A stretch of DNA of 64,000 nt from Naegleria gruberi. Taxonomy: Eukaryota. A model generated the notes under the pieces. The model was not told the DNA's origin and did not search any database. It worked only from the letters and a program-made list of their open reading frames with translations. How positions within the stretch are numbered: position 1 is the stretch's first letter; every line of letters starts with the position of its first letter. Made by a program: the position numbers and the translations under genes. Of the stretch, positions 1-11,475 are shown piece by piece. Location: NCBI GenBank assembly GCA_000004985.1, contig GG738887.1. One strand, given 5' to 3'.

Positions 1-322
1 TAATTTAAAGAAGCAAAGGAAAATATATTTTTGAATTTTGTGATAAATTGTTGATGAAGTGATAAATTGTGCTACTGATTGGAATTGTAAAATATCAAAT
101 CCACAAAAAACCTAGCTATCCATGTACTTTCAAAGATGAGTTAAAGATGAGTTAAAGCATGATGCGAAAATGAATCTGATATTCGTAGATGCTTTTGATA
201 ATCAGCGAGGAGAAAAACGCAGATTCAGAACAAACAACGTACTCAAAATGCTAAAATTTCTAATTTGACATACACATAGAGATGACATCTGTCACGTTGT
301 AAGTAACTATCAACACAAAAAA

Positions 323-3300
323 ATGAAAGTGGTACTACTTGCTATTTTGTTGTGTATTGTTATGTCTGCCAAGTTCATTGACACACAAAGTCTTCTTCTC
401 TACAATATCACAACAATAGCAGGAGGTGGTTCTGTTGTGGGCGATGGTTTACTTGCTACTAATGCTCAATTAGCAATCCCTGCAGGCGTTGCAATTAGCT
501 CTATTGGTGAAATAATAATTGCTGACTCCAATAATAATAGAATTCGTAAAATAAGTACAAATGGCTACATTTCAACGATAGCAGGAACAGGAAGTGCATC
601 ATTTGGTGGTGATGGTGGACTGGCCATTAATGCACAATTAAATAGTCCTTCTGCTGTTTCTATTAGCTCAAATGGTGATATGTATATTTCGGATACGGGC
701 AATCAAAGAATTAGAAAAATCAGTACCAATGGATATATCTCAACAATTGCAGGAAGTGGAACTGGAGGATACAGTGGAGATGGCGGATTGGCCACAAGTG
801 CTCAATTATATTATCCCAAGGGAGTAGCTATCAGTCCAAGCAATGAAATTTATATAGCTGATACCTATAACCATAGAATTCGTAAAGTAAACACAAATGG
901 ATATATCTCAACTGTAGCAGGAAGTGGAACTGGAGGCTACGGTGGAGATGGTGGATTGGCCACAAGTGCTCAGGTAAACTATCCATTTAGCGTGTCAATT
1001 AGTTCTACTGGTGAAATTTATATTGCTGATTATTACAATCAAAGAATTCGAAAAGTTACAACATATGGTTTTATCTCGACTGTGGCAGGAAGTGGAACTG
1101 CTGGATACAGTGGAGATGGTGGATTGGCCACAAGTGCTCAATTATATTATCCGCTTGGTGTGTCAATTAGTTCTGCTGGTGAAATTTATATTGCTGATTA
1201 TTACAATCATAGAATTCGAAAAGTTACGACATCTGGGTACATTTCTACAATTGCAGGAACTACCTATGGTTTCAGTGGAGATGGTGGATTGGCCACAAGT
1301 GCTCAGTTGTACTATCCCAATGGCGTTTCAACAGGCTCCAATGGTGAAATATTTATAGCTGACACATACAATTATAGAATTCGTAAAATTAATACCTCTG
1401 GTTACATTTCTACAATTGCAGGAACATCAAGCTTTGGAAACAACATACCTGCTACCGGCGCCAACATAGCACCAACTGGCTCCCCTACTCTTAACAATGG
1501 TAAAATTGTATTTGCAGACACCTCTGGCCAAGTGAGGCAAGTTGACCTTACTACTAATATTATTTCTACCCTAGGTGGAACTGTTGGATCTACAACAATA
1601 GTACAGGCATTCTATAATCCAACATGCGCAAAGTATTACAAGACAGATTTATATATTCTCTACTCTAACTACTATTTAGACAAGGTCACCTCAGTTGCCA
1701 GTAAGGTTGCAGGTACTGGTACTTTAAATGGATACGGTGGAGATGGTAACCTTGCAACAAGTGCAAGATTGAATTATCCTTATGGTACTGCATTTAGCTC
1801 AAATGGAGATATGTATATTGCAGATACAAACAATAATCGAATTCGTAAAGTTACAACATCTGGATATATCTCAACTGTAGCAGGAAGTGGAACTGGGGGA
1901 TACAGTGGAGATGGTGGATTGGCCACAAGTGCACAATTAAATTATCCAAGATCAGTTGCAATTAGCTCAAGTGGAGAGATTTATATTGCTGATTTCAATA
2001 ACCACAGAATTCGTAAAATTAACATCTCTGGATATATCTCAACAATAGCAGGTACTGGAAGTGTAGGATACAGTGGAGATGGTGGATTGGCCACAAATGC
2101 ACAATTATATTATCCCCAAACAGTTGCAGTCAGCTCAAGTGGTGAAATTTATATTGCTGATGCCTATAACCATAGAATTCGTAAAATTAACACCTCTGGA
2201 TATATCTCAACAATAGCAGGTACTGGAAGTGTAGGATACAGTGGAGATGGCGGATTGGCCACAAGTGCTCAATTATATTATCCATTTAGTGTGGCAATTA
2301 GTTCAGTGGGTGAAATTTATATCGCTGATACCTATAACCATAGAATTCGTAAAATTAATACCTCTGGTTACATTTCCACAATTTCAGGAACTGGAAGTGG
2401 AGGATATAGTGGAGATGGCGGATTGGCCACAAGTGCACAATTAAATTATCCATTTAGTGTGGCAGTTAGTTCAGTTGGTGAAATTTATATAGTTGACACC
2501 AATAACTATAGAATTCGTAAAATTAATACCTCTGGTTACATTTCCACAATTGCAGGAACTGGAACTGGAGGATATAATGGAGATAGTATTTTGGCCACAA
2601 GTGCACAATTAAATTATCCTTATGGACTCACAATAAGTTCAACTAGTGAAATTATTGTTGCTGATTATTACAATCACAGAATTCGTAAAATTAACACCTC
2701 TGGTTACATTTCAACAATTGCTGGCGGTTTTGGTGATGGAGATATGGCCACCACAAGTTTCATTTCAGCTTATTCATTCGAGTTCACTTTAAATGGAGAA
2801 ATTATTATAGCTGATTCAAATAATCACAGAATTCGTAAAATTACAACATTAGGATATATTTCCACAATTTCAGGAACTGGAACTGCTGGATATAATGGAG
2901 ATGAAATTTTGGCAACAAACTCTCAATTGAATAATCCTAACGGAATTGCACTAAGTTCCAATAGTGAAATTTATATAGCTGATACCAATAACCATAGAAT
3001 TCGTAAAGTCAATGCATCTGGTTACATTTCAACAATTGCAGGAACTGGAACTGGAGGATATAATGGAGATGGTGTTTTGGCCACAAGTGCACAATTAAAT
3101 TATCCTAATGGAATTGCAATTCAAGAAAATGGTGAAATACTAATTGCTGACAATAATAATCATAGAATTCGTAAAATACGCACAAATGGCTATATTTCCA
3201 CAATTGCTGGAAGTGGAATTGGTGGATTTACTGATAATACTGTAGCAACAAGTGCTCAATTAGAAAATCCCTTGGGGGTTGCAATCGGTTCAAACAAAGA

Positions 3301-6300
3301 GATTTTTCTTACTGATTCGACCAATAAGAGAATTAGAAAACTTATCCCTTGGTGCTCAGAAAATGGCATTCTAATTAATGGAACTTGTGAATATCAATGT
3401 TTTGGAGAAACTAATAAGAACTCAACTGTTTGCTCTGGAAGAGGAAACTGTATTGGGAATGATCAGTGTAATTGCACCACTCCTCAATACTTCGGTTCAA
3501 AATGCAACCAATTTTATTGTTATGGACTATTGAACGCAATGTCAAATGTTTGTTCGTCCCAAGGTAGCTGTAATTCTCCTAATAATTGTACATGCTTTAA
3601 AGGGCATTATGGAGAAACTTGTCAATATTTTTACTGTAACTCTATTCCATTCAATTCCAGTGCTGCTTGTTTAGGTAGAGGTTCTTGTATCTCATATAAT
3701 AATTGCACATGTCAACAAGATTATGCAGGCAATGATTGTCAATATTTTTATTGTGGTAATCGTCTGAATAATGATGGTACAGTGTGCTCTGCACATGGAA
3801 ACTGTATATCTCCTCATAATTGCTCTTGCGACAGTGGTTTTTATGGAAGCAATTGTGAACAATTCGATTGTTATGGCATTAATAATTTGAATGCATCAGT
3901 TTGTTCCAGAAATGGTTATTGCTCCTCTCCAAATAATTGCAAATGTGATCTTGGTTATTATGGAAATAGCTGTGAAATGTATAACTGTTATGATATTCCA
4001 AAAACTGACCCAAGTGTTTGTTCAGGTCAAGGCCTTTGTTCTTCATATAATAACTGCACTTGTCAACAAAATTATTCAGGAGTTAATTGCGAAAATTTCC
4101 ATTGTTATGGAATATCAAAAATAGAGTCTACAGTGTGCTCATCACATGGAACATGCTTAGCGTTGAATAATTGTTCTTGCATTGATGAATATTTTGGAAA
4201 TAATTGTGACCAATTTAAGTGTTATGGTGTTAACTTTATGAACAATTCAGTTTGTTCAGGAAGAGGCCAATGTATTTCGCCAAACTATTGTAAATGTGAT
4301 CTTGGTTATTATGGAAATAATTGTGAAATGTATGATTGTTATGGGTTGTCAAAAAATAATACCAATGTATGCTCAGGTCACGGTACGTGTATTTCATTGA
4401 ATAACTGTACTTGCAGAGATGGATATTATGATTCCAAATGTGGTTCATTTAACTGTGCTGGAGAAAAATTTATAGGCCAAAACCTTTGCCAAAATAATGG
4501 CTCTTGCACTGGTCCTGGTAACTGTGAATGCCCTATTCAGTATGGAGGTGCTAGATGTGAATATTTCAAATGTTATTCATTTACATCCAATGATCCTCAA
4601 GTATGTGGAGGTCATGGAACTTGTTATAATTATAACCATTGTACTTGCTCTCAAAATTGGTTTGGAAAAGATTGTTCAGTCACCACTTGTTTTAGTACAC
4701 CTTCTAACTCTAGCTCTGTATGTGGTGGAAGAGGTAATTGTACTGATTATAACCAATGCAGTTGCAACATTGGATATAGAGGTAATGAATGTGAACATAC
4801 TGTTTGTTATGATAAGATTGAAAGTGATAGTTCTGTATGCTCTGGAAAAGGTTTATGTCTATCACCAAATAATTGCACCTGTGAAACAGGTTTTGTTGGA
4901 AGTGAGTGTCAATACCATGAAGTATATTTAAATACGTCATCCGCCATTATTTTTTCTTTCCATAACAGTCTAATGAAGTTATTACCAAATGAGAGTGAAC
5001 AATTTTCGTGTTCTGACATTTTTGAAGAATCAGAAATCGACAAATTTGGAGAAAGTTCCTCTTTCATCTGCCAATGGAGAAGAAAATCATTACAAATTCA
5101 TCTTGGTTTTGATTATGCTATTGGTCATAACTCTATCATTCAAACTAAGTTTAACTTTTCATTGAGAGTTTATACTTTATCCAATGAAGCTTCATCTCCA
5201 ACTTGTTCTTTTGGATATTCATTAACTGAAACTTCTCCCTTATTAGATATAGTGATACGTTTGAATTGTGATGACAATTTTCATGGCTTCAAGAAATTGA
5301 GAACTGATTGGTCGTGTGATCAATGCACAAACAGCGTTTCATCATTATTGAACAACTATTCAAATAGATCATCCATTTATATCCCTATTTCATATATGAA
5401 TAGTTTGACTCCTATTCAAGGTTATAAGATTATTAACTTACAAACTTCTTTTTCATCAGAGATTTATTCTACAAAATCCATCAACAAGGAAGTTAAGGTT
5501 CAATCCTATGCAAAATCATTACCTCCAAGTTATTACTGGCTAAGTGATAATTATGCTGGAAAGACATATTCATGTATTGCTCATAATTGCATTTTAGAAA
5601 CTTCTTTAAATAGTTTAAACTCTTCTATTTCTTATTCATTCTCTGGATTTTTCAGTTTATTGAATAATGACCTAAACTCTAAACAAATGGTGAGGATGAT
5701 TAATGATTATTCTGGTGGAGTTTTAGATAGCGAATTTAATTCAAATATGCAAGTATTTGGTGTTCAGCTAAAAACATATGTTTACTTACCATTAAGCATT
5801 GACTCTTTTAAATATTCAACATTTACGAACTTGGATTTTGTTATGGCAGGTGTCAATAGAACATATTCGATCAACTCAGATAGTCTGGTGACAGTTACAT
5901 TGGTAACTGATGATCCATACATCTCAAAATATACTCTAAGCGATTATTTGGAATACACTTGGAAATGCTACATGGTTTCTTCTTCAAATAGATCTCTTCT
6001 TTTGACAGATAATTTATGTTCTTCAATTGAAAACACTAGATCTTATCTTATGTTAGACATTACGAAAATGTCTTTAAAAGAAGGTTCATATGTAATATCT
6101 GCTTCGATTTCCTCTACAAAATACTTTGTCACAACCGTTTACAACTATGCAGGTTTTATTGAATTGTTGGATATTTCCAACGAATCCCCTAAAATAACCA
6201 CAGACTACTTGCCTGCAATCACACCTTCTCATAATAATATTTATTTAAGAAGTGTGGTAAACTCTTCCTCAGAGGTTTCGTTTGCTTGGAACCTCAAACA

Positions 6301-9024
6301 TGGTTATTTGAATGTTGATGAAAACATAGAAGATTTTCTCCAAAGAAACACAATTTACACAAACATCATTGACAATAACGTTGAAATCATTTTGAACGTT
6401 GATAACAAGTACATCATTCCAGGAGAATCGTATGAATTCGAATTATCAACTAAAAATTCAAAAGGTTATGCTAATGTCTCCATTTCAACAAGAGTTGACT
6501 TCTCCCCACGATTGTCATGCGATGTCGAGAATTTGAAGAATGATGCTAATATTACCAGTTTTGAATCATTGATATCCATTACTTGTGTAAAATTACCATA
6601 CGAAAGTATTTCGAGTTTTGTGATGGAATTTTATTCACAAAATGAAAGATTGGGAGTAATATCTAATACTCCAAAGAAATCCTTAGTTACTAGAGTTCCT
6701 TATTATGCACAAGATGGAATAATTACTTTGGTTGTAAAACTTCAAAACTTGTATGGATCTATTGGAGTATTTAGAAAGAATATCAAGATTGGATTACCTA
6801 ATTATTTGTCAAATGACAATACGATTATTTCCCGAGTTACTTACTCCCTAAACCAATTCCAAAATATTAAGAATTCTCAACCAGTCAAGATGGAAGTTTC
6901 AAATGAAATCAATACTTTACTTTCTCTATTAATTCAAAATGAAACTCTCTCGAAATTCTCTGAGAATGTTGTAAAGCAATTGAATTCAGCTCAATTAACT
7001 TCATTCAATACCATGCTAAGAGAAATGATCATATTAACGAAGAGTTTACAAGATATTACATACAGGGTTGATGAAAGAGTCATTCAATTGACTTTGCCCG
7101 TTGTCAGCAAGATTTGTAATATTTTAAAAATAACTCTGGACACTTCATCATTATCTTCATTCGCTCTTGATGTAGAAAAATGGTTGGATTGGATTTATTC
7201 TGGAATGGACAAAGCGCTTAATTATTATCAAACCAATATTTACAAAGACTTACTTGATAACTATCATTTGCAAGAAATAGAGTCATTACAAAACATTCTT
7301 TCAACTATTTATCAAAGTAATTTCGAGCAGCAATACAAGTTCTATAAGTATAATTTACAATACATCAAGCTGACTGGAAGCAATACTGATAATTCAAGCC
7401 TGGTGGAAAATATTGAATATTCTAATTTATTGAATGCCAAGGCTATCTCTCTCTCAATTTCCAACTTTAAGGTGGACATGAAATTACCTAATGATTTTAC
7501 GAACCAAATTTCTTTGCAATCTAAATCTAAACTATTCTATTCTATCAGATCATTTAGTAACACTGGAGCTACAAATCTTTTACAAGAAAAACCAGTGGTT
7601 GATCTATCTCTGTATGACGCCTCTTACAATATTATTAACGTCAAAAATATCAATCCACCAATTGTCTTCAAATTCCAAGGATTAATTACCAATAATAAGA
7701 CTGGCATCAATACTACTTGTATATATTATGACACAACTCTTTCAAAATGGTCTACTATTGGGTTGGAAACATACACCACAATAACTAAAAGAACAGACGA
7801 TTTTATTTACTTCGATATGGAATGTCGTTCCAGTCACTTATCAGTCTTTTCAGTTCAAGAAGTTGATTATAACTCTCCTATCACACCTATTACCGCTATA
7901 TCATCTAATAGATCTAGTAGAGATGAATCATCAACCATTTTAACAATTATATTATCAACAGTTTTACCGATTAGCCTTTTAATACTTGTTTTTATCATTA
8001 TTTTGGTTGTTTTCATGATCCTTTTATTTAGAAATAAGCAAAAGAAAGCAAATGAACTAGCAAATACAACCAATATTGAACTATCAATATCAGACTTCCC
8101 ATCTGAAGGAAGTATGTTTATTCAACCACTTACAAGCATTTCTTCCAATGGAACTGCTTCTGAATCCTTCAATCCTCTCTCTAGATATTCTAATCTGGTA
8201 AGAATTGGACAAGGATCTTTTGGATCTGTGTTTAAAGCATTTGATAACAAGTCCGATTCAGTCAAGGCAATTAAGGTTATTCGATATAATTCAATGGAAG
8301 AATTGAACAATTTTATGAAAGAAGGAACTCAATTAATGAATGTTAAACATCCTTACATTTTGAGAGTTAATGAATTCTTTGTGAGTAAGGATCAATTACT
8401 TTGTATAGATATGGACTTTTATGAACTAGGAGATTTGGTCCGATTGACCAATGTTGATTTTGACTGCTCTGAAAAATTAATTAAGCAAATAATTTTCCAA
8501 ATGTGTCAAGCTCTTGATTACATTCATAGCAATATGAAAATAATTCACAGAGACATCAAACCATCAAATATATTTGTAAAAAGTTTGGAAAATGATAACA
8601 TTCATATCATTGTTGCAGATTTTGGGTTAGCTAAAGCAAATACTACATCTACAAACAATTCTTATGCAGGTACTCCTATTTTTATGGTAAGTTTCTTTAA
8701 TTCTTCATTAATTATTAACAAGTTTAGTCTCCTGAACTTGGCTTAGGTGGAAAATATTATTATAACACGGATATTTATAGTTTAGGTGTTACAATTTATC
8801 AAATAATGACAAAAGACACATTTACATCAATAAGTCAACTTTACTTGGGCAAAGATCAAAATGAAGTATCCAAAATATTAAACAAAAAGTTATAAGAGGA
8901 TCAATACTCCCAAAGACTTACTGATTTAGTGTTATCAATGCTAACAAGAGATAATTCATCTAGACCTCAAGCTCAAGATATTTTGCAAGATTCTTATTTT
9001 GATGATTTAAGAATGAAACGATAA
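323..9024 (+). CDS. Giant receptor-like protein kinase. Order: signal peptide, about 20 NHL repeats (~400-3330), about 18 tenascin-type EGF repeats (~3340-4920), ~1,000-aa domain of unknown fold, GPS-like CxxxHLSVFSV motif (~7728-7860), one TM helix (~7936-8025), cytoplasmic Ser/Thr-type kinase. Exon 1 is 323..8686, intron 8687..8727, exon 2 starts at 8728. The frame contains an internal TAA at 8893-8895 and then continues through kinase subdomain XI to TAA at 9022-9024.
   Basis: The ORF is 2,807 aa with N-terminal MKVVLLAILLCIVMSA. It has repeated '...YISTIAG(S/T)G..GY(S/N)GDGGLAT.AQL..P..V....GEIYIAD..NHRIRK' NHL units. It has repeated 'C.G.G.C.....C.C...Y.G..C' EGF units. The hydrophobic segment is ILSTVLPISLLILVFIIILVVFMILLF followed by RNKQKK. 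Kinase motifs are GQGSFGSVFKAFD, AIKVI, HRDIKPSNIF and DFGLAKA. Splicing GTAAGT...TTTAG joins GTPIFM to SPELGLGGKYYYNTDIYSLGV (APE and subdomain IX). After the TAA, the same frame encodes LVLSMLTRDNSSRPQAQDILQDSYF (subdomain XI). Confidence 0.8.
400..4920 (+). repeat. Two intragenic tandem arrays at DNA level. The NHL array has units of about 141 nt (~400-3330). The EGF array has units of about 93 nt (~3340-4920). Several adjacent NHL units are near-identical at nucleotide level.
   Basis: Recurring nucleotide strings such as 'ggaggatacagtggagatggtggattggccacaagtgc' and 'catagaattcgtaaaattaacacctctgg' appear at about 141-nt spacing. The EGF block has recurring 'tgttatgg...tgttc...gg...tg...aattg.acttg' patterns. 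Confidence 0.7.
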
Positions 9025-9198
9025 CCAAAAACTGAATTACTTTTTATATTCAACCAGGTGTGGATGTGTAACATTTCAAATTAATACTACTGAAAACAAG
9101 TACTAATATTAATGAGTGGAAAAGCTCAGGATCATGAAATTTTTGACTTTAAACATCTTTTGGCTTGTGGTAAATGAAATTTATTTAATTTATATCAT

Positions 9199-11475
9199 TT
9201 ACTCAAACTCAACCTCTTCTTCATTCAAGCTGATGTGAGCTTGGCGGTTTTCCCACAATAAACTAACTTCAATGTCTGAAAATTTACCATTTCTAGACTC
9301 TGAGTGCACTTGGAATGTATGCAGACCTTTTGGAATTTTTCTTCTTGTGCCAGTAAATACATAAAGTCCACTACTCTTGATATCCAGTTCATCACAAACC
9401 AATTCTAAATATGAATTGTACTTGAGCATATCATTGTGAATCATTCTTAATGCTATGAGGGTTTCACATTTTCTATCAACAGTGAGATTGAATTGTTGAG
9501 TGAGAGTTTTACATCCTGAGTCATCCTCATTGACGAAATCTTTATCATCGTGTTTGAGAATTTGTTTAAAGATTGGGAACGATGAAGATTTGTGAATGGA
9601 TCTCAAAATGGTTTGATCGAATCTAAATCCGAATGCATTATCTTCCTTAAATAAATGATCAATATTTACAATATGTCCAATAGCCATAGTACCAAAGTGA
9701 TTGATAACATCACCTAGTTCCATCCAGAAAACACCATCATCTTGCTCCTCTTTTTCTTTTTGTTTTCTTGATTTCCTATCACTGGCTGTATCATTGACAG
9801 GCAAAAGTCCTGTATTTCTACATAATTGTTGAATCAGATTTGCTTGTTCAGTAACTCTTTCATTGAGGTCTCTTTTGGTTTGGGCTATCATTTCCTTGGA
9901 TACGTCAGACCAAGCTCCTGTCCATTCAGTATTTCCCCCTATAAATTTGGATAAATAATTGAAAATCAAAAAACTATACTTACATGGATTTCTCAATCTA
10001 ACTAATCTATTACCCTTGTACTCTAAGCAATCCAAAAGTGCATAATAGTGACCTCCAACAATGCCATCCTCGTTAGTAAACTCATCTCCTAAACCAGAGT
10101 TATCATCAGACCCAAAACCAATAGCATTCCCATTATTGAATCCGTTTACAATACAACACCAAATCTCATCAAAAGACAAACCTCCACCAACAATACCCTC
10201 TTCAACTACCTCTTCTTCTTGATCTTCTTCGTCTTGTTCGTCATCCTCGTAGCCTTCTTCTTCATATTCTTCTCCTTCCTCCTCATGCTCTTCAATGCAA
10301 GAAACATGATTTCTCAAATCTTCAAATTGTGGGAGGCAGCCAGTAAAAAGATAAATACCCAAAGTACCATCTCCACCCTCTACCTTGGCATAATTTCCAA
10401 ATAATTTGGCGATTGCCTTTTCAACAATCGTAGGCCACAATTCATTTTTGTCTTTAGAATGAACAACCATAATATCACCATCTGTTGTGATTGGTACAAA
10501 ATCGTCAACAGTAACATATTTCCATTCATTTCTCCAAAAGAATCTCAATGTATATTGTCCCATTGCAACATTGGCCTTGACAAATAGATGGGCTATTAAA
10601 TGTGGAAATCTTGCAATGGCTGCCAATGAACTCAATAACCAACAATCTCCAAGACTTCCTTGTCTTATATCTCTGGCATCGATGCCATCAATAATAAGTT
10701 GTGGAATTTCACATAGCTCTGAAGCTCTCTTGAACCCTCCATAATTATTTTCCTTAATTTTCTTTTTACTGAATCCAAGAGAGGTTTCATTTGGTGGGAA
10801 ATCAGGATCAACAAATGGTTCAAGTAAAGGTTGTTGTGTCTTTTGTTGAGCATAGAATTGTTCATAATTTTGGAGATATAAATATTGTGATTGATCAATG
10901 ACTTGTGAAGCTTGTGGAAAACATCCATAAGATTGTTGTTGATTACAGACAGGAGGTTGAACATGGCTGGCGTATGGTTGTTGGACCTGTGGTTGAGATT
11001 GACTTGGTACTCCATAACTTTGTGTTGGTTGACTATTTTGATATGGTTGTTGAGGTTGTGGAGGATAGGATGGTTGACTATGTTGATATGGTTGTTGTGG
11101 CACATTTCCGTATGGTTGTCCATAAGAAGGAGAGTATTGATTAGCATTGTTTTGATATATTCCTTGTGTCATGACTGGTTGTTGCTGTTGTTGATTTGGA
11201 TAATATGATCCAGCAACTTGATTAGAAGAAGGATAAGCATATGAATTCATGTGAGTTTGATGTTGTTGATTTCCTCCTCCATACGGATCGTACATGGATT
11301 GTTGAGGATTGATCACTGGTTGCTGTGGTTGTTGATGTTGAATATTAGCATTGCCATAATATTGTGGTTGTTGATTTTGATATTGGTTTGATTGATAATT
11401 GTTTGATTGTTGTTGCTGTTGTTGATTGTAATACTCGTTATTATTGGCAGGAGAATAGTTGTAAGGATTGTACAT
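9199..11475 (-). CDS. Calpain-family cysteine protease with a long N-terminal Q/N/P/Y-rich low-complexity region and an acidic insertion in the protease core. One intron at 9939..9983. CDS is complement(join(9199..9938,9984..11475)).
   Basis: The catalytic Cys motif is QGSLGDCWLLSSLAAIA, and the His context is GGHYYALLD. Removing the 45-nt GTAAGT...TTTATAG intron restores the conserved calpain motif RLRNPWGNTEWTGAWSD. The unspliced ORF reads RLRNPCKYSFLIFNYLSKFIGGNTEW instead. Confidence 0.85.
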   Translation of the reverse strand: MYNPYNYSPANNNEYYNQQQQQQSNNYQSNQYQNQQPQYYGNANIQHQQPQQPVINPQQSMYDPYGGGNQQHQTHMNSYAYPSSNQVAGSYYPNQQQQQPVMTQGIYQNNANQYSPSYGQPYGNVPQQPYQHSQPSYPPQPQQPYQNSQPTQSYGVPSQSQPQVQQPYASHVQPPVCNQQQSYGCFPQASQVIDQSQYLYLQNYEQFYAQQKTQQPLLEPFVDPDFPPNETSLGFSKKKIKENNYGGFKRASELCEIPQLIIDGIDARDIRQGSLGDCWLLSSLAAIARFPHLIAHLFVKANVAMGQYTLRFFWRNEWKYVTVDDFVPITTDGDIMVVHSKDKNELWPTIVEKAIAKLFGNYAKVEGGDGTLGIYLFTGCLPQFEDLRNHVSCIEEHEEEGEEYEEEGYEDDEQDEEDQEEEVVEEGIVGGGLSFDEIWCCIVNGFNNGNAIGFGSDDNSGLGDEFTNEDGIVGGHYYALLDCLEYKGNRLVRLRNPCKYSFLIFNYLSKFIGGNTEWTGAWSDVSKEMIAQTKRDLNERVTEQANLIQQLCRNTGLLPVNDTASDRKSRKQKEKEEQDDGVFWMELGDVINHFGTMAIGHIVNIDHLFKEDNAFGFRFDQTILRSIHKSSSFPIFKQILKHDDKDFVNEDDSGCKTLTQQFNLTVDRKCETLIALRMIHNDMLKYNSYLELVCDELDIKSSGLYVFTGTRRKIPKGLHTFQVHSESRNGKFSDIEVSLLWENRQAHISLNEEEVEFE

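Noticed and set aside
1011-2444. Short + strand ORFs (1011..1358, 2241..2444) in alternative frames inside the NHL array
   Set aside because: They are nested in the 8.4-kb ORF and start with GTG (the ORF track translates GTG/TTG starts as M). They are repeat-frame artefacts.
8893-8895. Alternative genetic code (TAA = Gln, ciliate-like) as the explanation for the in-frame TAA
   Set aside because: All other genes in the window terminate cleanly at TAA/TAG/TGA after full-length conserved domains (e.g. Rab1 ...GGCCG-TAA, DTD, ARF). Long ORFs are not littered with TAA/TAG.
8889-8898. Possible 8-10-nt GT...AG 'intron' (gttataag/gttataagag) that would remove the in-frame TAA at 8893
   Set aside because: It is far below any plausible spliceosomal intron length. 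Both variants put the downstream sequence out of the frame that encodes kinase subdomain XI.
10665-11208. ORFs 10665..11147(-), 10905..11144(+) and 10912..11208(+) within the calpain poly-Q/N region
   Set aside because: Alternative-frame or antisense readings of a CAA/CAG/AAT-rich low-complexity tract, entirely contained in the calpain CDS.
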